DNA of 64,000 nucleotides from Blepharisma stoltei ATCC 30299 (lineage: Eukaryota; Protista; Ciliophora). The translations under genes were made by a program, and so were the position numbers. The DNA lies in NCBI GenBank assembly GCA_965603825.1, contig CBFDEM010000062.1, positions 1-64,000 on the forward strand. The letters are read 5' to 3'. The notes below the pieces were generated by a model. That model did no database searches. It saw only the letters and a program-made list of their open reading frames with translations, and had not been told where the DNA came from. How positions within the stretch are numbered: the first letter of the stretch is position 1; each line of letters starts with the position of its first letter. This document shows, one piece after another, positions 1 through 12,722 of this stretch.

Positions 1-2487
1 AACACCCTAACACCCTAACACCCTAACACCCTAACACCCTAACACCCTAACACCCTAACACCCTAACACCCTAACACCCTAACACCCTAACACCCTAACA
101 CCCTAACACCCTAACACCCTAACACCCTAACACCCTAACACCCTAACACCCTAACACCCTAACACCCTAACACCCTAACACCCTAACACCCTAACACCCT
201 AACACCCTAACACCCTAACACCCTAACACCCTAACACCCTAACACCCTAACACCCTAACACCCTAACACCCTAACACCCTAACACCCTAACACCCTAACA
301 CCCTAACACCCTAACACCCTAACACCCTACACCCTAACACCCTAACACCCTAACACCCTAACACCCTAACACCCTAACACCCTAACACCCTAACACCCTA
401 ACACCCTAACACCCTAACACCCTAACACCCTAACACCCTAACACCCTAACACCCTAACACCCTAACACCCTAACACCCTAACACCCTAACACCCTAACAC
501 CCTAACACCCTAACACCCTAACACCCCTAACACCCTAACACCCTAACACCCTAACACCCTAACACCCTAACACCCTAACACCCTAACACCCTAACACCCT
601 AACACCCTAACACCCTAACACCCTAACACCCTAACACCCTAACACCCTAACACCCTAACACCCTAACACCCTAACACCCTAACACCCTAACACCCTAACA
701 CCCTAACACCCTAACACCCTAACACCCTAACACCCTAACACCCTAACACCCTAACACCCTAACACCCTAACACCCTAACACCCTAACACCCTAACACCCT
801 AACACCCTAACACCCTAACACCCTAACACCCTAACACCCTAACACCCTAACACCCTAACACCCTAACACCCTAACACCCAACACCCTAACACCCTAACAC
901 CCTAACACCCTAACACCCTAACACCCTAACACCCTAACACCCTAACACCCTAACACCCTAACACCCTAACACCCTAACACCCTAACACCCTAACACCCTA
1001 ACACCCTAACACCCTAACACCCTAACACCCTAACACCCTAACACCCTAACACCCTAACACCCTAACACCCTAACACCCTAACACCCTAACACCCTAACAC
1101 CCTAACACCCTAACACCCTAACACCCTAACACCCTAACACCCTAACACCCTAACACCCTAACACCCTAACACCCTAACACCCTAACACCCTAACACCCTA
1201 ACACCCTAACACCCTAACACCCTAACACCCTAACACCCTAACACCCTAACACCCTAACACCCTAACACCCTAACACCCTAACACCCTAACACCCTAACAC
1301 CCTAACACCCTAACACCCTAACACCCTAACACCCTAACACCCTAACACCCTAACACCCTAACACCCTAACACCCTAACACCCTAACACCCTAACACCCTA
1401 ACACCCTAACACCCTAACACCCTAACACCCTAACACCCTAACACCCTAACACCCTAACACCCTAACACCCTAACACCCTAACACCCTAACACCCTAACAC
1501 CCTAACACCCTAACACCCTAACACCCTAACACCCTAACACCCTAACACCCTAACACCCTAACACCCTAACACCCTAACACCCTAACACCCTAACACCCTA
1601 ACACCCTAACACCCTAACACCCTAACACCCTAACACCCTAACACCCTAACACCCTAACACCCTAACACCCTAACACCCTAACACCCTAACACCCTAACAC
1701 CCTAACACCCTAACACCCTAACACCCTAACACCCTAACACCCTAACACCCTAACACCCTAACACCCTAACACCCTAACACCCTAACACCCTAACACCCTA
1801 ACACCCTAACACCCTAACACCCTAACACCCTAACACCCTAACACCCTAACACCCTAACACCCTAACACCCTAACACCCTAACACCCTAACACCCTAACAC
1901 CCTAACACCCTAACACCCTAACACCCTAACACCCTAACACCCTAACACCCTAACACCCTAACACCCTAACACCCTAACACCCTAACACCCTAACACCCTA
2001 ACACCCTAACACCCTAACACCCTAACACCCTAACACCCTAACACCCTAACACCCTAACACCCTAACACCCTAACACCCTAACACCCTAACACCCTAACAC
2101 CCTAACACCCTAACACCCTAACACCCTAACACCCTAACACCCTAACACCCTAACACCCTAACACCCTAACACCCTAACACCCTAACACCCTAACACACCC
2201 TAACACCCTAACACCCTAACACCCTAACACCCTAACACCCCTAACACCCTAACACCCTAACACCCTAACACCCTAACACCCTAACACCCTAACACCCTAA
2301 CACCCTAACACCCTAACACCCTAACACCCTAACACCCTAACACCCTAACACCCTAACACCCTAACACCCCTAACACCCTAACACCCTAACACCCTAACAC
2401 CCTAACACCCTAACACCCTAACACCCTAACACCCTAACACCCTAACACCCTAGACACCCTAGGCACCCTTTCACCCTAACACCCTAA
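1..2487 (+). repeat. Telomeric repeat array (CCCTAACA)n; chromosome end
   Basis: About 310 tandem 8-mers starting at base 1, with degenerate units (CCCTAGACA, CCCTAGGCA, CCCTTTCA) at 2448-2473. CCCTAACA is the known telomere unit of the heterotrichs Stentor and Blepharisma. Confidence 0.99.
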
Positions 2488-3129
2488 GTCAAATTCTAAA
2501 TGTTTCCTATAAAAGACTTGGGCTTTTTCCTTGACATAAAACAATCTTCGGCACTTCGCTTTCTTTTGCATGTTCCGCTTCAAACTTCATATACTCTTTC
2601 CATATTTGTACGTTTTTCATATTAAACCTCACCTCTCTTTGCATAATCCCTCTTGCTGAATCACATCACTTTTAATTTTCTCTTCAATATACCTTGCAAT
2701 CAGCCACATATCAATATTTGTAGGGTGCAATTGTAAAACTTTTGTTATAACCTTGCTTAACTGTCTGTGTGATTTTGACCTCACACAGAAGTTTATGAAC
2801 TCTTTTCAGGCATCTGGGTCTGCTTTGAAACGAGTTGTAAACCTCTGGAAAAGGTTAATGATTTTCCTTATAATAGCTCTATCAGAAGCAGCTGGCTTTA
2901 AGTTTAATTCTTGTTTTCTTTCAAGTCTTTTTTCTTCTAATATAAGCTCATGTTGTATGGCAGACAAAAAATGGTGCTTTAATGGGACACTTCGGGCAAG
3001 CTTGTACCCGAACTCACGGATCTTGTCTATGATTTCGGTGACTTGGGCTTCTGTGAAGATTTCATGCTCAATCATGCTCATTAGGTCGGGGGCCATGTCC
3101 TCTAGAATGCCCTGCACCATATCTGCCAT
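2488..3129 (-). pseudogene. UTP6: UTP6 (U3 snoRNP HAT-repeat protein) 5' fragment, frameshifted and ending at the telomere
   Basis: MADMVQGILEDMAPDL...FTEAQVTEII...FGYKL...AIQHE resembles the UTP6 N-terminus. It reads through TGA(W) to LHPTNIDMW. A frameshift near 2662 precedes SARGIMQREVRFN...IWKEYMKFE, then the sequence meets the telomere. Confidence 0.75.
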
Positions 3130-3239
3130 TTTAATATGTTTGACATAAAAGGATTTATTGATTTTCTTACCATTAGAGGATGAAATATGCAAAGTCGAGA
3201 AAGCATATTTAATTTGTACATCGACTTTATAGTATCAAT

Positions 3240-3445
3240 TTTATTAACGACATATCAGGCCGAGACCATATTGAACTACTCAAAAAATTGCTGATTTTCA
3301 CTATAATAAAGGAGATACTTTAGGTGAATTAGGAAGATATCCAGAAGCAGTAGAAAGCTATGATAAAGCAATCAAAATCAATCCAAATAATGCAGGTTTT
3401 ATAATCGTAAAGGCAATAATCTTTATGCTTTAGCTAAAGTATGAA
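3240..3445 (+). pseudogene. TPR-repeat fragment
   Basis: HYNKGDTLGELGRYPEAVESYDKAIKINPNNA is a canonical TPR, followed by a frameshift. Confidence 0.7.
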
Positions 3446-3495
3446 GGAAATTGGAATGCAAAAATTTTAAAAATCATCCATTTAATAATTATAAT

Positions 3496-4110
3496 ATGAG
3501 GGCGAAGAAATGTTTCGAGTCAGGGTGCATGAATGAGGTTGAGCATGAAAATATTAAGAGTTTAAAAGGGCCTGAAAATGCAAACAATTCAATAAAAAAA
3601 AGCCTAAAAAGTGGGGCAAGATTGCTTAATTCTAAAATAAGCGCTGTTTCTAATTATCTCAATAGTAAGCCCAAGGGAACAGAGAGTGCTTTAAAAGTTA
3701 TAGACATCTTAAGAAATAAAACTGCTGAGATAATGAGTAGATGAAACAATTCAGAATTAGAGATAGACTTCAGAAAAACTTGCTCTGCAATTCAGGCTAA
3801 TTCTAATTTTTATGATCCACCAGTAATGCAAGCTTACCAAGATTATCTTAAAGCTTATCAACAAAAATCATCTCTTTATAATATTACAACAGATTATAAA
3901 ACCGAAAGAACTAATTTGCAAATTTATAACACTGAAACTGAAGCCCAAGAAGTCAAAATCTTGTGGACTCCGCAATTACTAGACAAGGAAACTTGCATAA
4001 CTCAACTTCCAAATGGCAAGCTATTCTGTTATGGTAATAATACACTTTCTGGAATTACAGTGCTAATTGATGTGAACGGTGGAATCAAAGTGTTGCCATC
4101 CGGAACAAAA
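3496..4110 (+). pseudogene. Fragment of the Zn-finger/coiled-coil/kelch-like family
   Basis: MRAKKCFESGC... and TCITQLPNGKLFCYGN...VLPSGT are paralogous to the genes at 8241 and 12378. The sequence switches abruptly to TPR sequence near 4110. Confidence 0.6.
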
Positions 4111-4540
4111 AAATCGCAGTTATTTTTTATAAATTTTGTATACTTTGCATGAATTAGGAATATATTCAGAAGCAGTAGAAAGCTATAACCAAGCAATTCA
4201 AATTATGCCGCAAAATGCCAAGTTTTATAATAGTAAAGGCAATACTCTTTATGCTTTAAGGAGATATCAAGAAGCAATAAAATGCTATGATGAGGCAATT
4301 AAACTTGAACCCAATAATCCTTTGCATTTCTGCAGCCGAGCAAGAGTATTTAATAGTCTCAGACAAGAACGAGCAGCTTTGAGCGACCTTAATAGGGCTT
4401 ATAATTTAAAGCAAAAATATCAAGTAAGTGGTGTTTTCACTGGGGATGAATGGGGGCTTTCTGAAAAAGACATAAATTTTATTAACGACGCATTACGCCG
4501 ATCCCTAAAGAACTATTCCAAAAAATACAGGTTTAGATAA
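4111..4540 (+). pseudogene. TPR-repeat 3' fragment
   Basis: YSEAVESYNQAIQIMPQNAKFYNSKGNTLYALRRYQEAIKCYDEAIKLEPNN; no proper start codon. Confidence 0.7.
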
Positions 4541-4543
4541 AAT

Positions 4544-4876
4544 TTAGTTATAATAAGCAGTCATTATAATAATTATATATTTGAGCAATTCAATTTCACT
4601 CAATTCATGCCAATATTCATCTCTTTCCTTAAGTTTTCCACGACTTCTTTTGCTTTCAAATGTTTGGTTTGTATATGATACAATATCCTGGAGCACTTCA
4701 CTTGTAAAAAACAAATTGAATATTTCAGTGATTGAATAATTATCTGGAACTCTTATATTTGGCTTCTCGCATTCAACCTCCATTTCTTCAAAATATTCAG
4801 GCTGCACTTCATTCCAGCCTTGAAACCCACTATCTGTTGGCTGCATGCAGCCCATTTTAATAGGATATGCATCCAT
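4544..4876 (-). mobile_element. piggyBac-family (DDE_Tnp_1_7/PGBD-like) transposase N-terminal fragment, truncated
   Basis: SITEIFNLFFTSEVLQDIVSYTNQ...WHELSEIELLKYIIIIM matches the piggyBac N-terminal pattern FxLFFxxExxxxIVxxTN...WxxxxxxEL. It ends before the DDD catalytic core. Confidence 0.75.
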
Positions 4877-5638
4877 TTTAATTATAAAGGAACAAAAGAA
4901 GCACTTCTTAGGTTTTTACAAAAGAATAGTCAAAAAATAGCAAGCTGAAGGGAAAAATCCTAGCATCCTTTAGCTAACGTTTAGTTGAATCAAGAAACGG
5001 CATTGAAGAGCTTTTTGAATCAGTTTCAGATGAACTAAGAAATTATTTTACAAAAATTTCTCATAACCTCCTTTAAATGGTTAATTTTTTTCATGGATTT
5101 ATTTATTTATTTCTTGGATAATAACTAAGCCTTCTTGCGTTACAGTAAACTGAACCCAACATTTATTTGTAGCTTTCTTAATTTTTCAATAATTTCCCTC
5201 TGTCTATTTCTTTTTCAGAAAAATCTTTTCTTATTCTAATAAATCTTGAGTAAGTCTCGGCGTCCTTTCTCTGATCTCTATTCATTATCAGCTCCCAAGT
5301 CATAATTTTTTCATTGATTGGTACCCTCCGTGGCCTTTTACGAGGTTGCTTTTTAATAAGTCTACTTTCATAATTTCATGATGAATTTTTACCTGCTCAT
5401 CTTTAATCTGGGAACTTAATTTTTTTATATCTTCGCAAGCCTTTCATTTTTTTTGGTAGTCTTTATAAGCTGCTCCTGGGTTTCGATTTCTTTCAAAAAA
5501 ATATTTTTTTATCTTTTCAGCGAATTTTTTCTATTAAAGTGGCTGCATTGGTTAAATTACCTTTTTAGCTTATTTCAAGAACTTTTCTTGATCAAAATGT
5601 AAAATTTCTACTCTAATTCTTTTATTTTTTCTTCTTAG

Positions 5639-6778
5639 TCAAGTATTTCACCATGAGATCCACTTTCTCCACCAAATCTGACTGAACCAGCCAATATTCC
5701 TCCCTCATCTGAAGTAAAAAAACTATTTATTCTTAAAGCAATATTATAGTCGAACGCGTGCTCTTTAATCAGCATTTTTCATTTACCACCAAATTGAACT
5801 TTGTAGAAAACAATACCACGGAGTATCATTTTGTCAAAATATCTATAATGCTTATCATTATTATGCAAATCAAAAGCAATCTTCATGCATTGCTTTACAC
5901 AGATCAGCCAAAGTACATTCTCCGCTTTTTCCTTGACATGACTAATATCAGCTGTATCAAGCTTCTTATACTCATGAATGATAATACTAGTCTTTTTATG
6001 TTTAGTAGGGATGAAAATCCCATCAACCTTCCTCCTAAATTTATTTGGTGTTTCCAAATGCAATGTATAATTTGCATCTCCTGTCTCTATTGAGGCTAGC
6101 ATCGCTATTCCTCCTAATAAGATTTGAAAATCTGCCTCTGCTTTACTAGTGTTATCGGCCATCTGATCAAGAATCTTTGATTGAATAAGATTTTGGAACT
6201 CAAATTTATCATCTAAGCTGGTGGTAAACTTCTCAACTATCTTATCAATATTAACTTTTCCTAAACCTATTTTTCTATTAATTCATTCTAAAAGTAGCGA
6301 TTTGTAAAAATGCTTTTTTATTTCTCTATTAGGAACTACATGTATTCAAGAGCTCACAAGATTTTTCTCTTCCATTTTAGTTGTGCTATATGGTGTTAAA
6401 TAGCCAGCATGCAGCAATAGGGTTTAAAAATTTTTTGTGCTGCTTAGATCTAATGACAAATTTATATAGCTTTAATTCCTCTTGACAATTCAAGATAGCC
6501 AGTTCTCATTATTTCAAATAATTCATCATAAGATTGTAGGTCATTAAATGCTGGCACCAGTGGATTAAGGCCATTAGCAAAGGTTCAATAAGGCTTGAAA
6601 GGATTGCTATTTTGGATTCTTCCTTTATTTATGCAGTTCATTATTGAGTAAAGATTGTAAATTTTTTGTCCGCAAATATTATATCCGTTATATCACAGCT
6701 TAATTAATCCTTTTTGCTCTAGCATGTCCTTCTCTGAATTACTTTGCAAGTTTTTCTCGATTAGAGTATTTACATCTG
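5639..6778 (-). pseudogene. 3' half of a broken AAA-ATPase-like/PD-(D/E)XK gene
   Basis: Near-copy of 34150-35290 (EADFQILLGG, VDGIFIP, IIHEYKK, LLHAGYLT) with stops and indels. Confidence 0.92.
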
Positions 6779-7500
6779 GAACTCCTTGCTGCGATTCATC
6801 AGCAATAGCACTCTAACTGAATGAAACATCGATTAAGTTTCATATGCACAAAAATTATACCATAGCCTAGGTGAAAACCCTGTTTCTTAGTATATGTGAT
6901 ATCAAGATCCAAAAAAGCTACTGGACACCTTTATTCTTAGTTATTCTTAGTCACAAGGGAAATCCAAAGACTATCGAATGCATATCATCTGAGGCTGCTC
7001 TTGATTCTCAGACTGGATCGATCCCAGTTCGATTTTAGCTTTAATTTTTGGACTGTTGTGCCAAGAGAAGCTCCATTTTAATATATATTAAACTCTTCAG
7101 CTAAAACCCAATATTTATTTCAGCAATTCTGTATATTGTTTTGGAGGATGAAATAATTTTAATTGTTTACCTCTATCCAGTAGATTTGATATTGACGAAA
7201 ATCGATGAATTTCATTGACTCCAATGCCTAAAGCTGATATTTATTGTCATATCATATTTTTTAATAGCAATATTTTGGTTGCTGGATACTTAAATAGAAA
7301 TATTTTGATATATTCGATTGATCTCGATTCATTTTCAAATGTACCTTATGATTTTACATATAGTTACAGAAAGATTTTGATAAATGCAGAAAGAGTATTC
7401 ATGAGCCTATAAATAATTGGATGATATAGACAAAGATAGGAGTCTACATTGGGGAAGCTATGGTTTGCATGAACAGATACTACAAATTTTGTTTAAGTAA
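6773..7500 (+). pseudogene. 3' half of a kelch-like gene, interrupted by a ~300-bp insert
   Basis: SGTPCCDSSAI at 6775-6807, then IYFSNSVYCFGGW...RWISLTPMP from 7113. It continues the gene whose 5' half ends at 12378. Confidence 0.75.
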
Positions 7501-8240
7501 AAAAAGATGACTTTAATTTAAGAAGATTTGTCTTAACTATTTATTAACTCTTCTGCAGGATTGCTCATCATATTCTCTTATGACTGGGCTTTGATCAGCA
7601 ATCAAAGCCTATTAATAAGCAAATTTAATGGTATAAAATAACAGAATTCAGATGACGGAGACACGATTCCATGTGCGAAATTCCTGAAAGCGGGGATTTG
7701 CTATCATTGCCAATGATAGCTCAATAATATCCTTACAAAACGGTCGTCCATGCACAAATGCAAATGCTTGCTTCACGAAAACTCAAAATATATATATTTG
7801 AAGACTATAAGCCTAGAATCATGCTTAAAATAGTGCAAATTTTAAACTCCTATAAGTGGATATTAAAAATCAGATTTCGCTTTAAATTTATTAGTGTCGA
7901 TTCCAAGGTCCTCAAGTGAAATGCTTTCATTGCTTGTGTGCAAATTGCTGTTAGGATTGACCACAATAATCTTTATAACTACACTATTTCAAAAAATTCT
8001 ATGCTATCTTGGGTCGCTTTACGAATAAAATGAGGATAATGCTCTGTCTGTAATATTGAGTCTGAGGGATAAATCATAAAATTGGTAAGATTTTAAAGAA
8101 TAGAGTTTGGAATCGCTACAGAATTTGGCACCCAATGTCATATCGAGTATTATAAGGAATCTTTTTATTAATAAAACATTGTGCATGCTATATGATTTTA
8201 AGCTAAGTAAAGAAAAGTAAATTATTAGATTGCTAAATAA

Positions 8241-9509
8241 ATGAACTGCTGAAAACAAGGATGCAGCCAAAAATGTGAGTTTTTATGCCTGCATGGAGGG
8301 AGCCAAGCCTATTTATGCCAAAGTCACATTAAGGATCATTTAAATTCAGACATAAGCATATGCCATGACATTGATGGACTTTATGCCCAGCCTAATATCG
8401 ATACAAAATTTTCTCTAATTAAATATCTCCAAAGCCTGCTATCAAACTCTGAAAACTTGAAGAATCAATTGGTCAGAGAACTGAGAGACAAAATTCAAGC
8501 CATTTCCACCTTATACAGCCAGCAACTAAAAAAAATAAACGAAATTGAATGGGAATATCAGTTATTAATTAAAAAACTCATACAAGTTAAAGAAATCCCA
8601 AGAATTTCTCCTAACAAACTTGAAGGTTTATTAGTTTTGCCCTCTAAAACAGCGCTGGAAAGGTTCCACAACTTTGAGTATGTCACCAAAGGAATAAGAC
8701 TTGGCTTAAGCCCGTATCACAAAGCTGAAATTTTCGTATTTAAGCAATATTCCAGAAATTTATTAAGATTATCCCTAGATAGCCTACAAACTGTCGTCCG
8801 CAACTTGCCTGAACTAGAAACAACGATTGAAAACCATATTTCTTTATGCAAGCTTCCAAATAATAAAATTTTTTGCTATGGGAATATTTGACCAGAAATT
8901 TCGAGTTCTTTGTCTTCGCCTAGAGGGACATCATTTGTAATTAATGAGGATTTTTCAATCATACCTATAAAAGATGGGAAACCTCGGAGTGGGGCGACTT
9001 CAGTTTATTATGAAAATTCTGTTTATGTATTTGGGGGGTGAAGCACAAAATTACATATTATTGATAGAATTACGGATTCTGCTGATAAATTTGATATTGA
9101 AAAAGGGGTTTGAGAAGCTTTAAATAGAATGCCTGAGCCTTCGATTTACGTATATACTTTAGTTTACAATGATTCGATATTGCTTTCAGGATATAATCAT
9201 CATAAATTGTATTGCTATAATATTATAGACAATGATTACTCGGAGCTTTTGGATTTGAGGGAAAAATGTAATAAGGTGATTTTTGAATGGAATTACAGCT
9301 TATACGTGATAGAATCTGGAGGAAATATTTGAAAAAGCGATAATAATATTTTGGAATGAAGATGGCTTAGAAACTGTATTGCATTTGGAGAAGTTTTATC
9401 TTATCATTCAACCTTCAAGTGGTCGATCTTTTTCTTAGATAGTAATTATTGGCTTTATAAATTCAGGCTTAGTAAAGAGAAGCTTGAAAAAATAAAACAA
9501 ATAATATAA
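8241..9509 (+). CDS. Cys/His Zn-finger (B-box-like) + coiled-coil + kelch-like propeller protein, 422 aa
   Basis: Single ORF with TGA=W: MNCWKQGCSQKCEFLC...LCQSHIKDH, LCKLPNNKIFCYGN, SVYVFGGW, WEALNRMP; ends TAA. Confidence 0.85.
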
Positions 9510-9906
9510 TTTATTTAAAATTAAATCGATTTGGGGTATTAATAAATTCTTCTTTGAATTTAATCCAGTTATTTTCAACATCATAAGTTAAGTGCAAAAT
9601 GTCTATCTATCTATTACTTAGAGTTAAAATCGAAAATAATTATTCGGATTGAGACTTTTTATCACAAGATCTTGCTAAATGGGGTTATGATCCAGATGTT
9701 TATTTGTGGGGCCGTCCATTTGATTTTAGCATATTGTAACAAAAATTCCTTATATATTTTATAAGCTCTTTTTAGAAGGTCTTTTTAGAAGCTCTTCTCA
9801 TAAGCTTTGTGTAATTCTAAAATAAGAATCAAACTTTGGTCAGGATATTCATCAAGCTATTATCAAGTACAATACGTGATGAAGTTTTCTATCAATCATT
9901 AGAAGT

Positions 9907-9964
9907 TATATAAGAATTGCCCGAGGATGGCGCAAGATAGCGCCATCCTCGGGCAATTACTATA
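9907..9964. repeat. GC-rich perfect hairpin (19-bp stem, 6-nt loop) between TATA direct repeats
   Basis: AATTGCCCGAGGATGGCGC (9915-9933) pairs with GCGCCATCCTCGGGCAATT (9940-9958). The hairpin is absent from the paralogous sequence at ~31590. Confidence 0.9.
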
Positions 9965-10356
9965 CATCATATCAGAGTGTATATAAAATCCGAACTATTT
10001 CATAATTCTTCTTATCACTATTTTTTAAAAGTCCCCAAAAATTTAGCATGTTCCACAAATTTTGGGAATCTGAAATCGCGGCTGATCAAATATAATATGA
10101 TATTGAAAACTAAAACTGAACGAGAAATCTAAGCCATTAGCAGCTCTACAGACATTTAAAGCACTGAAGAAGCCTTTTTCATGAACTTGTAAAAATTTAA
10201 TGTTTTACTTCTATAATAAAAGTCATTGTATTAACTGAGTAAAGGATATAGAAAGCTTTTCAACTATCTAAAAGACTTTAAAGAAAATTATATAAAATTA
10301 ATCATATAAAACAAATATGAAGCCCATCAGCCCCTTTTTATAAAATAATAATTGAT

Positions 10357-12383
10357 ATGGAAACCAATTTGTACAAATGCCCAAACTTGGGGAGAAACTA
10401 GCACTCCAGCCCCTTGCTCAACTGCTTATGGCATAAAAGAAGCGCTGAAACAATTTATGGCGATCGAATTCATCTAATAAGCCCTGGCATTTCAAATGGA
10501 AATTCTCCCGCCTTTGAAGATGAAACATCAGGCGTCTTATTTTACATCTCAGCTATGAATCAATTACTTGAGAGTGATAGTAACGCACTTAAAAAGCCAC
10601 TTGTTGCACTTTGGGAATCAAAAATTCTCAGCCAAGTTTCAGAACCTTCTGAAGCAATGCACTTAGAAAATTCATTATGGCAGATGATGGTGATTCTTCC
10701 AAAATATCACACACTTATTAGTGGAAATTCTCTTGAAAGAGCCGCAGAAACAGCATATTTGATAGACTCGTTTGGATTAGATTTGCGCATACCGAAACTT
10801 ATGAAATATTTGATACAAAATGAAATTGAAATTGGAATTTCTAGAGAGAATAGCCCTATCTTGAAATTCGGAGGTCTCTTTCCTGATCCAAACATTGAAG
10901 AAAAAAGCCTTAAGCTTCATGAGCATCCTCATGAAAGCGGACTGTGATCTGTTTTCAGTGCAGTTATGTTGATTTCAAGCGGAAACAATGATTTTTAGAG
11001 CCCTTTAGTATGTATGACCCATGCTTTAGTTTAAAGCTAAGAACTATTCTAAATGTGTATAATATCAAATTAGGCATGAGTCCAAATAGCCCTCTTCCTT
11101 GGTCGAATTATGACTCATGGGAGATTGAAATTGTAAATATGGAAATCCGTTCTACATTGATTTCTGAAATCTCAGACTGGGGAATGCTTGAAAAAGAAAC
11201 GGATTCATCCAAAAACGTTTAAATATCCATCAGCTTTGCACTGTTTGAGTATTAGCAATCAAACTTATGAGGAGAGCCAAAGATTTTATTAAAACAATTT
11301 ATACCCAGCTGAAAAATAAAGGTTCTTCATGAAGTCTTAAATTTAAATTTGATGGCAAATCAAGCACACCGCATCGCCTACCAAAAATTCAAAGTTCAAC
11401 ACTTCCAGCACATCAATCAATCATAAAGACTAAATCTGGTGGCAATTGTTAATTAATAATAAAAAATTTAAAAGGGCAGTTAAGAATAAAGAAAGCTTTA
11501 TTGATAAATCGTTACTCATAAAAGAAATTTTAACTAATGGTGCCCTCAATATACTCATAGTGCGTCCACAAAAATGGGGGGAGCATGAGCATGCTAAAAA
11601 CATTTTTCCACCCAAAATATGATGCATCTGGGAATTTTAAAATTTGTAATTGTTCACCGGTGGTAAAGATAGCATTGATGTCAGCAACTTGGATAAAACA
11701 AGATGTTTAAATATAATAAATGAAGATAATGGCTATTATTACCAAATGTTTGCTGGGAAAATTAGATCATTTTTCTAAACTTCTCCAGTATATATGAAAA
11801 ATTTGGAAATGACCCTGCAGAGGAATATATCGCAATGCAATTTCATATATAATCAAAGAAGCATACTTGGAATACTATCCACAGTATTTGGAATCCTTGA
11901 ACAAAATTATCAAAGAATATATTTCAATAAATCCAGATCTAGTGATAAATTTTAAAGATAAAGGCATATCAGAACTAGAAAAGATTATCGACACATATAA
12001 ACTATTTTTGCCATCGCACATTAAGTTGTTTAGATATTACAAAGATGATAGTTCATCAATAATCCAATCAAATGCTGTGCCTAATCTAGTTAGATTTGCT
12101 CATAAATTTTACAAACAGCAGGCAATTATTATTATTATTGTGGATGATTATGATACCCCACTTATTCAAGTAATAAATACTCCTTATCAAAAGGCTGTTT
12201 TAAGAATAATAGGTATGTTTATGGAGCCAATATGCATAGATGCCCTTGGTTGCATTTTTAAAGTGATAATGATAGGGAAGATACCTATTATAGGGAAAGG
12301 ACTTCCATGACTAAGAAATGTTAATATATATACTGTTCTAGATATAGAATACTCCCGATTTTTTGGCCTCACAGAATCAGATG
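10357..12383 (+). pseudogene. 5' half of a broken AAA-ATPase-like/PD-(D/E)XK gene
   Basis: Collinear with 32112-34155, with many frameshifts and a damaged Walker A region. It stops at GLTESD. Confidence 0.93.
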
Positions 12384-12722
12384 GAAGCGTGAGAATTTCA
12401 TAATTATTATCAACTTTAAAGGTTTCCTCAGAATCTGTGCTGGCAAAACAGAATAATTTACCATCAGGAAGCAGAGCAGTGCACGTGCTTATATCCAGTA
12501 GATTAGTTCCAAGCAATTTAGATTCTTCTTTCAACTATCAGTATCATACACAAACAAATTAGTTCTTCCTTGGATACCGTTTTTTATAAGATATATTTGA
12601 GTGCTTTGACTGGGATAATATTGATAAACTTGATTTATTAAAGCGTTGGAAGAAGAAATATTATTTTGGCTGCTATATGAGATATATATTTGCACAAAAT
12701 AAAAAATCAAATATTCAAGCAA
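12378..12722 (-). pseudogene. 5' half of a kelch-like gene, broken by the inversion
   Basis: RTNLFVYDT...TCTALLPDGKLFCF...EILTLPS is paralogous to 3900-4105. Confidence 0.75.

Noticed and set aside
1-2487. Tandem array as CRISPR or satellite; isolated variants within it
   Set aside because: There are no spacers and it is a terminal telomere repeat. The sporadic 1-2 nt variants may be read errors.
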